64,000 nucleotides of DNA. It comes from Obrimoposthia wandeli (Eukaryota). The position numbers and the translations under genes are program-made. The DNA lies in contig CDROCS010000253.1 in NCBI GenBank assembly GCA_977020255.1, positions 3,596,001 through 3,660,000 on the forward strand. The letters run 5' to 3'. Position 1 is the stretch's first letter. Every line of letters begins with the position of its first letter. Below, one piece after another: positions 1 through 9,475 of this stretch. A model generated the notes under the pieces. It had not been told where the DNA came from. It worked only from the letters and a program-made list of their open reading frames with translations, and ran no database searches.

Positions 1-3000
1 TTCTGCACGTAATGGATGCTGTTGCATTTCATTTTGATACTGTTCACGTAACTGCTTAGGGAACGCTTCAATAAGTAAGTTGTTATGGTAAGGATTATCT
101 GTAATTTCTACATGCACCAAATCATCTTTGAGCACCATTTTGCTATAAGCAAGCAATACCGATAATTCTGGGCGTGTTAACCCTTTACCTTGTGCTAACC
201 TATCAGCGATTTCTTCATCATCAGGAATAAACTCTAAACTACGATTTAGTTTTCCTGATCTTTCAAGCTCGTGAATAAAGCGGACTTGTTCTTTTAACTG
301 ATTCACACCACGCATTGCCGTAATAGATAATGAATGTGTTTGGCGATAACAATCTTCAATAACAATATCACCAACTTCATCGGTCATATCAGCAAGTAGC
401 TTATTACGTTGCTTAATGGTTAAATCACCATTTTGCACCAAAGTATTTAGTAATATTTTAATGTTTACTTCGTTATCTGAGCAATCAACACCACCCGCAT
501 TATCAACTGCATCGGTGTTAATACGGCCACCTTTGGCAGCATATTCAATACGACCTAGTTGAGTTAACCCTAAGTTACCACCCTCGCCAACAACTTTAGC
601 TCGTAAATCAGCACCATTGATACGTAAAGTATCATTAGCTCTATCTCCAACCTCTAAGTGTGTTTCTTTACTACCTTTAACGTAAGTACCAATACCACCA
701 TTCCAAAGTAAATCCACTTTCATGGTGAGCAGCGCTTGCATTAAATCAGTCGGCGCCATGCTCTGCTTTTGCGTACCAATCATTTTCTTAATTTCTGGAG
801 TAAGTTTGATTGATTTAACATGACGGCTGAAAATACCACCACCTTTAGAAATTAGCTCTTTGTTATAATCTTCCCAAGTACAACCCGCTAGATTAAACAA
901 GCGTTCACGTTCTACATACGAGCTGGCGGCCTCAGGACTTGGATCGATGAAGATATGCATGTGGTTAAATGCAGCTTGTAAACAAATATGCTTCGATAAC
1001 AACATACCATTACCGAAGACATCTCCCGCCATATCACCAATAGCAAGACAAGTGAAATCAGTACTTTGACAATCAACATCCATTTCTCTGAAGTGACGCT
1101 TAACTGATTCCCATGCACCCTTGGCTGTAATACCCATGGCTTTATGGTCATAACCAACACTACCACCAGAGGCAAATGCATCGCCAAGCCAGAAGTTATA
1201 TTCATCTGAAATAGCGTTAGCTACATCAGAAAACGTTGCTGTTCCTTTATCAGCGGCAACAACTAAATAAGCATCATCTTCATCTAAACGTACCACGTCT
1301 TTTGGTGGAACAATTTCACCATCAACGATATTATCCGTGATATCTAATAAAGCACGAATAAAGGTGCGGTAACATTCTTTACCTGCTTCAAATATTTCTT
1401 GGCGAGAGCCATTGGGTAGTTGTTTACAAACAAAACCACCTTTAGCGCCAACAGGAACAATCACACTATTTTTAACTTGTTGGGCTTTAACTAAACCCAG
1501 TACTTCCGTGCGGAAATCTTCACTTCGATCTGACCAACGTAAACCACCACGAGCGACTTTACCACCGCGTAAATGTACGCCTTCAATTTGTGGAGAATAA
1601 ACAAAAATTTCAAATTTTGGTACCGGCTGAGGCATTTCACTTATCTGCTCAGGCAGTATTTTAAATGAAATGTATGATTTATCACCTTTAATAGGATCAG
1701 CTTGAAAATAGTTAGTACGGATCGTAGCATTAATCATTTCAACAAAACGGCGAATGATACGGTCATCATCTAAGTTAGCAACGTTATCAAGTGAGCTTTC
1801 AATTTCAGCTAATAGCTTGATAGTTGCTTTCTCTTTCGCAGTTGCTGTTGATTTACTTTTGGGATCAAAGCGTAAAATAAATAGATTAATCAATGACTCA
1901 GCAATACTAGGGTAGTTTGAGAAAGTATCCTCAATATAACTTTGGCTAAAAGGGCCTCCTATTTGACGCTCATACTTAGCAAAAGCACGTAAAATTGAAA
2001 CCGCTCGTCCTTCAATACCTGCACCTAAAATAAGGCGGTTAAAACCATCATCTTCTAAATCGCCATGCCAAACTTTGGCAAAAGCATCTTGAAAAAGTGT
2101 TCTAACTTTATAAACATCAAACTTACCTTCACCGGTTAGATACATTGAAAAATCTAATATCCAGCTTGTTTCATCTTCTGTTGTTTTAATCGCATAAGGT
2201 CTTTCACCGATAACACGTAAACCAAAGTTCTCTAACATTGGTAACACATCACTTAAATGAATTGGTTCGCCTTTATGGAATAATTTTAGTTTTACAAAAC
2301 GACTATCATTTTTCTCTTCAACTGGCTGATAAAAAAGCATTTCTAATTCATTTTCAGCACTGATACTTTCAAGCTTATCAATATCTACAATGGCTGAGCC
2401 GGGTAATACTTCATCTTTATAAGCTTGAGGAAATTTAACATACTTACGACTTAATGCTTTCGCTGCAGCTTCACCACGATTAGCCCCTAAAGCACTGACT
2501 AATTTATCGTCCCAGTTACGAGCCGCTTCATTTAAATTCTTTTCAATTTCTTTCACGTCTATATCTGCTTTCGTTGAGTTCACTCGAACAATGTAATGGG
2601 TTCTCGCATGAACCGATTCAGAGAAGAAGGTAGTGAATTCAACTTCTTCATTACTATTAAACACTTCTTGTAATAATTTTTGCGTTTCCATACGTAATTG
2701 AGTGTTATAACGTTCTCTTGGGACATAAACCATACAAGAGTAAAAACGGTCAAAGGTATCGCGACGAACAAATAAGCCAGTATAATCACGTTCCTGCATT
2801 TGTAAGATGCCCGTTACGTTATGTAGTAACTCTTCTACAGAAGACTGTAATATTTCATCTCTTGGGTAAGTTTCTAATATATTAATTAACGTTTTATAGT
2901 TATGCGTACCCTTGGCAAAAGGAGACGCTTCACAAACAGCCATGACTTTAGAGTTAATAAAAGGTAAGTCTAATGCACTATTGGTGTAATAAGCAGAGCC

Positions 3001-3996
3001 GAAAAGCCCAATAAAACGTTCTTCACCTACAACATTACCCTTATCATCAAAACGCTTAACACCAATATAATCTAATTGAGCGGGACGATGGACACGCGAA
3101 CTAGAGTTAGTTTTAGTTAAAATAAGGTGGTTTTGGTCCAGTGCTACTCTACGCCCTGTTTCACTTAAGCTTGAGACTAATCGAGACTTGGAACCTTGCG
3201 AGTTTTTCATCAAACCAAGACTTGATTCAACATTCGCTTCTAAAGAGATATCACCCTTAACAGCTTTAACATCGTATGAACGATATCCCATTAAGGTAAA
3301 GTTATTAGCAGCAACCCAGTTTAAGAAACTTAAAGTATCTTCTTTATGCGTTTTGGGTCCTGGATATTTACCTTTCTTAACATCAACAATAACCTTGTTT
3401 AAACAAGATAACATTGGTTGCCAATCACTGACTGTTAAGTGAATATCTTCTACTACAGAGAGTAAGGTAGTTTTGATCGCGTCTAACTCGTCTTGACTCG
3501 ATTGACGATCAATTTCGATTAAAAAAACAGTTTCTTCTGAGTTCGCTTTTATTTTGCTGTCAACAATCGGTGCTAATTCAGTCACCTCATGTTTTTTATC
3601 ACGCGTAATTTTAAGCGGCGCATTTAACATTAAATGCGGCGATAAACCTAAGCGGTTTAAGGCAATGCGGATTGAATCTACTAAAAATGGCATATCCTGA
3701 ATGATCACTTCAATAATAGTGTGGCTAGATTTCCAGCCATTTCTGCTTACTGAGGGATTAAAAACATGAATAACGGGAGCATCATCTTTATGTTCATTAA
3801 GTGAACTCCATAAACTAAGTACCGCACCATACATATCACTTTCATTACGGTGATCGAGGTCTAAAGATGACATATTTCCATAAAGTAAGTGGGCAAACTG
3901 CTCTACTAAAGGAGCTGTTTCTCCGTTTACTTTTTGTTGGATAAGTTGTGCAACATTGCTAAGTATAACCGAGGGTAAACCGTTTACTAACGCCAT
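1..3996 (-). CDS. gdhB: NAD-specific glutamate dehydrogenase, large type (3' end runs off the window start)
   Basis: Manual translation from ATG at 3996 (MALVNGLPSVILSNV...). Contains GGKVARGGLRWSDRSEDFRTEVLGLVKAQQVKNSVIVPVGAKGGF at about 1440-1570 and ends ...MQQHPLRAE at base 1. Absent from the ORF track because the stop lies outside the window. Confidence 0.95.
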   Translation of the reverse strand, partial: MALVNGLPSVILSNVAQLIQQKVNGETAPLVEQFAHLLYGNMSSLDLDHRNESDMYGAVLSLWSSLNEHKDDAPVIHVFNPSVSRNGWKSSHTIIEVIIQDMPFLVDSIRIALNRLGLSPHLMLNAPLKITRDKKHEVTELAPIVDSKIKANSEETVFLIEIDRQSSQDELDAIKTTLLSVVEDIHLTVSDWQPMLSCLNKVIVDVKKGKYPGPKTHKEDTLSFLNWVAANNFTLMGYRSYDVKAVKGDISLEANVESSLGLMKNSQGSKSRLVSSLSETGRRVALDQNHLILTKTNSSSRVHRPAQLDYIGVKRFDDKGNVVGEERFIGLFGSAYYTNSALDLPFINSKVMAVCEASPFAKGTHNYKTLINILETYPRDEILQSSVEELLHNVTGILQMQERDYTGLFVRRDTFDRFYSCMVYVPRERYNTQLRMETQKLLQEVFNSNEEVEFTTFFSESVHARTHYIVRVNSTKADIDVKEIEKNLNEAARNWDDKLVSALGANRGEAAAKALSRKYVKFPQAYKDEVLPGSAIVDIDKLESISAENELEMLFYQPVEEKNDSRFVKLKLFHKGEPIHLSDVLPMLENFGLRVIGERPYAIKTTEDETSWILDFSMYLTGEGKFDVYKVRTLFQDAFAKVWHGDLEDDGFNRLILGAGIEGRAVSILRAFAKYERQIGGPFSQSYIEDTFSNYPSIAESLINLFILRFDPKSKSTATAKEKATIKLLAEIESSLDNVANLDDDRIIRRFVEMINATIRTNYFQADPIKGDKSYISFKILPEQISEMPQPVPKFEIFVYSPQIEGVHLRGGKVARGGLRWSDRSEDFRTEVLGLVKAQQVKNSVIVPVGAKGGFVCKQLPNGSRQEIFEAGKECYRTFIRALLDITDNIVDGEIVPPKDVVRLDEDDAYLVVAADKGTATFSDVANAISDEYNFWLGDAFASGGSVGYDHKAMGITAKGAWESVKRHFREMDVDCQSTDFTCLAIGDMAGDVFGNGMLLSKHICLQAAFNHMHIFIDPSPEAASSYVERERLFNLAGCTWEDYNKELISKGGGIFSRHVKSIKLTPEIKKMIGTQKQSMAPTDLMQALLTMKVDLLWNGGIGTYVKGSKETHLEVGDRANDTLRINGADLRAKVVGEGGNLGLTQLGRIEYAAKGGRINTDAVDNAGGVDCSDNEVNIKILLNTLVQNGDLTIKQRNKLLADMTDEVGDIVIEDCYRQTHSLSITAMRGVNQLKEQVRFIHELERSGKLNRSLEFIPDDEEIADRLAQGKGLTRPELSVLLAYSKMVLKDDLVHVEITDNPYHNNLLIEAFPKQLREQYQNEMQQHPLRAE

Positions 3997-4345
3997 GTAT
4001 GTTACCTTTTAAAAAGAAAGCTTAAAATAATTGATTTTTGGTTGTGATAAAACCTATGCTTTGGACAAAAAATGTCATAAGAACAGCCTTTATACTTTAT
4101 ATTTTTATATATTGTCTATCAGAATAGACTATGGATTGAATTTTATTAATAAATTTAGGCTTTTGCGAGTGTTTTTTTGTATTTTAGTGAGTTAATTTTC
4201 AAGTGGTGAAGCAGTAAGTGAACCGTTTATTTTACAGTTAACTATGTTTATGCAGTTATGATAAATAGATACTGGTTAAACGGCTTTTTTACTGTTTATT
4301 TATGCAATATTTTCAAGTGATCTTTATTTAATTTAAGCAAAAAAA

Positions 4346-4385
4346 AAGCACTTAATTATACGGTTATGTATTTAATTAAGTGCTT
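4346..4385 (-). terminator. Intrinsic terminator downstream of the RND gene
   Basis: AAGCACTTAATTA ... TAATTAAGTGCTT inverted repeat followed by a long U-tract on the minus strand. Confidence 0.7.
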
Positions 4386-4498
4386 ATTATCATGTAAAGT
4401 AAAATTGTAAATTATGAGAACTGTTATTTAACAACTTGGTAACTAAATTTCGTAATGAGCATTATTGTCCTCCACGAGAAATCATTCAGTAACCTGTC

Positions 4499-6817
4499 TT
4501 ATTTTTTTTCATCCACTTTATCTGACCATAAAAAGGCTGATAGTGCGGGTAAAATAATAATAGCAGCCAACATATTAACCAAAAACATAAAGGTGAGTAA
4601 TATTCCCATATCTACTTGAAACTTCAAGTCTGAGAAAAACCAGGTTGAAACACCAATGGCTAAAGTTAAGCCGGTAATCAGTACTGCGCTACCACGCTCT
4701 TTTAATGCCTCAAGATAGGCATCATGAACATTCATCCCTTCTTTCAGTTTAATACTCATGGTAGAGAGTATATAGATGCCATAATCAACACCAATACCAA
4801 CACCCAAAGCAATAACAGGTAAAGTAGATACGGTTAGACCAATATCAAGTGCAGTCATTAACCACTGAGCTAACGTAGAAACTACATATAAGGGTAAAAC
4901 AACCACTAAAGTTGCTCTGATACTTCTAAAGCTAATCAAGCAGAGTCCAATCACAGCACCATAAACATAAAGCATCATAGGTAACTGTGCTTCTGCTACC
5001 GCTTCATTCGTTGCGGCCATAACACCAACAGGTCCAGAGGCTAGCTTGAATTGAACATGTTCACTACCCAACTCTTTCGCTGTAGCTTTAACCGCATCAA
5101 TAACAGTGTTAATCGTATCGGCTTTATGATCTTCTAAGAATAAAACCACGGGCATCACACTACAATCACTGTTGAGAAGACCGCTAGAAGAAGGTACCCG
5201 TGCAATCGATTGTACTAACGTTTGCTGATTACGTGGGATAACTCGCCATTTTGGATTACCTTCGTTATAACCCGCATTAACGATTTTGGATATAGAGGCT
5301 AAACTTACCGCGGATTGCACACCAGGTACATTTTCCATCTGCCATTGAAAACGGTCTATCGTTGACATCGTATCGTAATAAGTACAAGCATCAGGGCTTG
5401 TCTCAACAATGACCGACATATAATCAACACTGATAGCATACCTATCAGTAATTAAAAAGGTGTCTTGGTTATAACGCGAAGATTCATGTAACGCTGGAGC
5501 CCCTGCATGCAATTCACCAATCTTCAAACCTTGTCCTTGATAAAAGCCAACAACGAATAAAATAGCAGTAAAAAACAGTATGATTCTTGCTGGCCCTTTA
5601 CTGGCGAAGCTTGCCATAAATGACCAAACAGCACTTTCTTCGCTGAGCTGGCCAACTTTTGCGCTGACTTTTATTTTGGTAAAAGAAAGTAATACCGGTA
5701 ATAAAATAAGGTTAGTTAAAATAATCATCGCCACACCGATGGAAGCGGTGATAGCCAACTCTTTAATAATACCAATATCAATAGAAAGCAGTGTTAAAAA
5801 ACCAACCGTATCGGAGAGTAATGCCACGCCACCAGGAATCAACAATGCGCGAAAACTTGCTTGGGCTGCTAAAGCAGGTGTTAAGCCTGTTGCTACTTTT
5901 TTAACTACTGAATTTATCATTTGCACACCATGACTTACCCCAATGGCAAACACTAAGAAAGGAATCAATATCGACATAGGATCAAGGCCGAAACCAAGAC
6001 TTGATAACATACCCATTTGCCAAACGACGGCAACTAAAGAACAAAGAATTGGTAAAATAGTTAAACGAATTGAATGACTGAAAATGTAGACCATCACTGC
6101 GGTAATAGCGATTGCCAGGGCAAAGAACAAAACTACGCCCTTGGCGCCTTCAGCTACATCGCCGACCATTTTGGCAAAACCAATAATATGGACACTTATA
6201 TTGCCACGTTCAAACTCTTGACGAACTTCTTGTTCTAGCTTTTCTGCTATTTCAAGCGTATCTAACTTTTCACCTGTATCAGGGTTAAACTCTAATAAAG
6301 CCGCTTTTACCATGGCACAACTGTAATCATCCGCAACAATACTACCGACAATACCTGCTTTTTCTATATTCCCCTTAACAACGCCAAGGCCTTTTTCTGA
6401 TGGTTGAAAATCTGCGGGAATAACCGGACCACCGGCAAACCCATCCTCAACGACCTCGACAAAACGAGTGCTGGGTGAGAACAGCGACTTTACTTGAATC
6501 CTATCAACACCAGGAATGAAAAATAATTTGTCGTGCACACCTTTTAGAGCGTTAAAGAAATCGGCATTAAAAATGTCACCATTACTATCACATACAGAGA
6601 TAAGAATATTATTAGCACCACCAAAATTTGTCCTATGTTTCAAATAGGTTTTCATATAACTATGGTTTAGCGGTATATTTTTAGTAAACGAAGCATCGAG
6701 TCTAATTTGTGTCGCTTGAAAGAGAAAAAAAGCACTGGTGATAACGAATAACATTAGCACGAGGAGTTTATGGCGAAATAGGCCTACTTCAATACGATTA
6801 GCCAGAGAAATTTTCAT
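4499..6817 (-). CDS. RND/MMPL-family inner membrane transporter
   Basis: 772 aa with two repeats of TM bundle plus periplasmic domain; GIGVDYGIY motif. Confidence 0.9.
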   Translation of the reverse strand: MKISLANRIEVGLFRHKLLVLMLFVITSAFFLFQATQIRLDASFTKNIPLNHSYMKTYLKHRTNFGGANNILISVCDSNGDIFNADFFNALKGVHDKLFFIPGVDRIQVKSLFSPSTRFVEVVEDGFAGGPVIPADFQPSEKGLGVVKGNIEKAGIVGSIVADDYSCAMVKAALLEFNPDTGEKLDTLEIAEKLEQEVRQEFERGNISVHIIGFAKMVGDVAEGAKGVVLFFALAIAITAVMVYIFSHSIRLTILPILCSLVAVVWQMGMLSSLGFGLDPMSILIPFLVFAIGVSHGVQMINSVVKKVATGLTPALAAQASFRALLIPGGVALLSDTVGFLTLLSIDIGIIKELAITASIGVAMIILTNLILLPVLLSFTKIKVSAKVGQLSEESAVWSFMASFASKGPARIILFFTAILFVVGFYQGQGLKIGELHAGAPALHESSRYNQDTFLITDRYAISVDYMSVIVETSPDACTYYDTMSTIDRFQWQMENVPGVQSAVSLASISKIVNAGYNEGNPKWRVIPRNQQTLVQSIARVPSSSGLLNSDCSVMPVVLFLEDHKADTINTVIDAVKATAKELGSEHVQFKLASGPVGVMAATNEAVAEAQLPMMLYVYGAVIGLCLISFRSIRATLVVVLPLYVVSTLAQWLMTALDIGLTVSTLPVIALGVGIGVDYGIYILSTMSIKLKEGMNVHDAYLEALKERGSAVLITGLTLAIGVSTWFFSDLKFQVDMGILLTFMFLVNMLAAIIILPALSAFLWSDKVDEKK

Positions 6818-6877
6818 ATTAATACATTCCGAACTTTATTAAATTTATAATGTTTTGTGTGTTTTACGAAATTGCAA

Positions 6878-7912
6878 TTATTGTTGCGATAGATCAACTA
6901 CCTTGATACCAACATCAGAGACTGCAATTAACTCACCTTTAAACCACACACCCGCGATTAACGTTTTTCCATCTTGCTGAGGTCTTTTGCTAAAACTTTC
7001 ACCATCGTCGGTGCTAATAAGCAACATACCATTGTTCCCTAGAATGAAAATACGCTCATCATTAGCAAAAACAATATCATTTAATAATGCAGTGGTATTT
7101 GTGGGAACTTCATGCCATTGCGAACCATTATTAAGGCGACGAAAAACATGGCCACGAAGACCGGCGACTAAAACATTACCCTTTTTTGTTAGCACCAACG
7201 AGAAGAAAGAGCCTTGATAAAAATTATCATACTGTTGCCAAGTCAAACCAAAATCTTCACTTTTTGCCAACAATCCTGTTTCACCTAATAAAAATAAACT
7301 CTGGCCATTTTGAACTAAACCATTAAAGTGCGGCAAGATGAAAGCAATTTCATCTAGATAAGCTGCTTCATCTTCAGCTTTTAGATCATTAAGGTATTCA
7401 ACATCATCGGCTAACAGGAATTCTTGATGAAACTCGCTTTGCCAAGTCTGACCACCATCATTACTACGAAATACCTGCCCATAAGCACCAACAGCAATCC
7501 CCTGCTGAGAGTTTTTGAAATAAATATCAAGAAGCGGTTTTTCCAATAAAGGTAAATATTGTTGAACTTGCCAATTCAGTCCTCCATCTTGGCTGTGTAA
7601 TATCGTGGCATCATGACCGACCGCCCAACCTAGTTGATCATTTAAAAAGAAAACACTGGTTAACGTAACTTGTACCGGTACATTGGCTTGTTGCCATTTT
7701 TCACCATCACTAGAGAGTAATATATGACCGTGTTGTCCCACCGCTACTAGCCTTTCTTTACCAATAGGAGAAATGTCTAATAAGAGTGATTTACTTGCTA
7801 ATGGTGACTCTATTGCTGGAGTTGGGATGATGATAGTTGAAGCTGTGCTCTGGGCACAAACAGAAGAAATAGACATAAAATAAATAACTGCAAAAGCAAC
7901 TAATAAACGCAT
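6878..7912 (-). CDS. YCF48-like / BNR-repeat beta-propeller periplasmic protein
   Basis: Signal peptide; repeated SxDGGxxW (Asp-box) motifs and GWAVGHDATIL. Confidence 0.88.
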   Translation of the reverse strand: MRLLVAFAVIYFMSISSVCAQSTASTIIIPTPAIESPLASKSLLLDISPIGKERLVAVGQHGHILLSSDGEKWQQANVPVQVTLTSVFFLNDQLGWAVGHDATILHSQDGGLNWQVQQYLPLLEKPLLDIYFKNSQQGIAVGAYGQVFRSNDGGQTWQSEFHQEFLLADDVEYLNDLKAEDEAAYLDEIAFILPHFNGLVQNGQSLFLLGETGLLAKSEDFGLTWQQYDNFYQGSFFSLVLTKKGNVLVAGLRGHVFRRLNNGSQWHEVPTNTTALLNDIVFANDERIFILGNNGMLLISTDDGESFSKRPQQDGKTLIAGVWFKGELIAVSDVGIKVVDLSQQ

Positions 7913-7960
7913 AACAACACTCTTTTGATTTTCTAATGATAAAAAATAAATATAAAACTA

Positions 7961-8000
7961 AACTAAGCTCAATTAAGCTCAATTAAGCTCAATTAAATTA
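7961..8000. repeat. 10-bp tandem repeat (AATTAAGCTC)n, about 3.5 copies then decaying
   Basis: aactaagctc aattaagctc aattaagctc aattaaatta, read directly. Confidence 0.8.
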
Positions 8001-8044
8001 AACAGCATTAAACTGAATTAAAATAAGCACTAAATTTAGCACTA

Positions 8045-8072
8045 AAAAAAACGGCTAACATTTGTCAGCCGT
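8045..8072 (-). terminator. Intrinsic terminator after the DUF1329 gene
   Basis: Minus strand ACGGCTGACA-AA-TGTTAGCCGT followed by a U-tract. Confidence 0.75.
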
Positions 8073-8086
8073 TTCGTTGTTACTGA

Positions 8087-9460
8087 TTATCTACGACCTT
8101 CTCGTCTTAACGCCGCGGGAGTAAAATCTCGCTCATTTAGCTGTTCAGAGAAATCATACATTTTCGCTTCATTATCTAATCCTATCGCTATATAACGACG
8201 TGATTGAAGATCATGGAACACATCAAGCGTTGACCAAAGGGTTGGTACGTCATAATAATTGATTGCATGTGCAACACCTACACGATAAAGCTCATCGCGG
8301 TTATCATAAATATCAGTGACGGCTACTTGCCAGCTATCCTCATCGATATAAAAAACACGTTTCTTATAGATATGACGAGTATTTTCTTTCAGGTTAGCTT
8401 CAACTACCCAAACACGATGCTTTTCATAACGCACTAAGTCTGGATTGATGTGCCCTGCCTGTAAAATATCTTCGTACTTAACTTTATCACTATGAAGTCG
8501 ATAGTCATTGTAAGGGATCAGCAATTCTTGCTTACCCTTTAAAGTCCAGTTATAACGATTTGGTGCGCCATTATACATATCAAAATCATCGGTGGTTCTT
8601 AAACCATCTGACGCTGTACCTGGTGCATCATAAGCTACATTGGGTGCACGACGCACACGACGCTGCCCCGTATTATAAGTCCATGCTTGTCTAGGTGTTT
8701 TAATTTGGTCCATCGTTTCATGTACTAATAACGCGGTACCAGCTAGACGAGCAGGCTCAGTTAATTTTTGTTTAAATTTAAACAAAATATTAGTTTTTTC
8801 AAGCTCCTCTGGTGAGGCTCCTTTAACACTATAGGGTAATAGTAAAGTTTCATTTAAACCAACATAGGTAAAACTACCTGATGCTGTCGGTGATGCTTGA
8901 CCCGCTTGACGAGTAACACTTTCACCGCGATAACGTAAAGTATGATTCCAAATTGCCTCTAGACCATTTGCTGGTACAGGAAAAGGAATGCCCACTGCAG
9001 CTTGTTTAATACCATTACCATTTTTAACTAGCTCGGAGCGCGTAGCATTATCTTTAACAGCCTGATAAACATGCTCTGGATATGAAGCACTACGTCGTGT
9101 TTGATAAACATTCATTTTATAAGTATCAGGATAGGTCTCGAATAATTTAATTTGACCCGGTGTTAACAACGATTTGTAATCTGCAATGTTACTTGCTGTA
9201 ATCGTAAATTGAACTTTATCATTTGGATACGGGTCAATATGGTGATCACCTGCAGTATATCCTGCAGGTGCCTCAGTAATACCGCCTGTCCATTCAGGAA
9301 TTGAACCGTCTTTATTACCAGCACGTGTTGCACCTAAAGGGGTTAACTCCGACGACAAGGTTGCCGCTTGCTCGGCAGGTATTTTAGCTAAAGCACCCGC
9401 CGATAAGACCATAGCGATGGTCAATGATAATAGCGTGACTCTATTCATGTTATTTCTCAT
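8087..9460 (-). CDS. DUF1329 domain periplasmic protein
   Basis: Signal peptide; LTPLGATRAGNKDGSIPEWTGG and WTYNTGQRRVRRAP motifs typical of DUF1329. Confidence 0.9.
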   Translation of the reverse strand: MRNNMNRVTLLSLTIAMVLSAGALAKIPAEQAATLSSELTPLGATRAGNKDGSIPEWTGGITEAPAGYTAGDHHIDPYPNDKVQFTITASNIADYKSLLTPGQIKLFETYPDTYKMNVYQTRRSASYPEHVYQAVKDNATRSELVKNGNGIKQAAVGIPFPVPANGLEAIWNHTLRYRGESVTRQAGQASPTASGSFTYVGLNETLLLPYSVKGASPEELEKTNILFKFKQKLTEPARLAGTALLVHETMDQIKTPRQAWTYNTGQRRVRRAPNVAYDAPGTASDGLRTTDDFDMYNGAPNRYNWTLKGKQELLIPYNDYRLHSDKVKYEDILQAGHINPDLVRYEKHRVWVVEANLKENTRHIYKKRVFYIDEDSWQVAVTDIYDNRDELYRVGVAHAINYYDVPTLWSTLDVFHDLQSRRYIAIGLDNEAKMYDFSEQLNERDFTPAALRREGRR

Positions 9461-9475
9461 GATTTCTGCCTTAAA

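Noticed and set aside
912-3442. Short ORFs 912-1205, 1412-1600, 2580-2789, 3188-3442 in the track
   Set aside because: All lie within the gdhB reading frame (1-3996, minus), which the track omitted; they are shadow ORFs.
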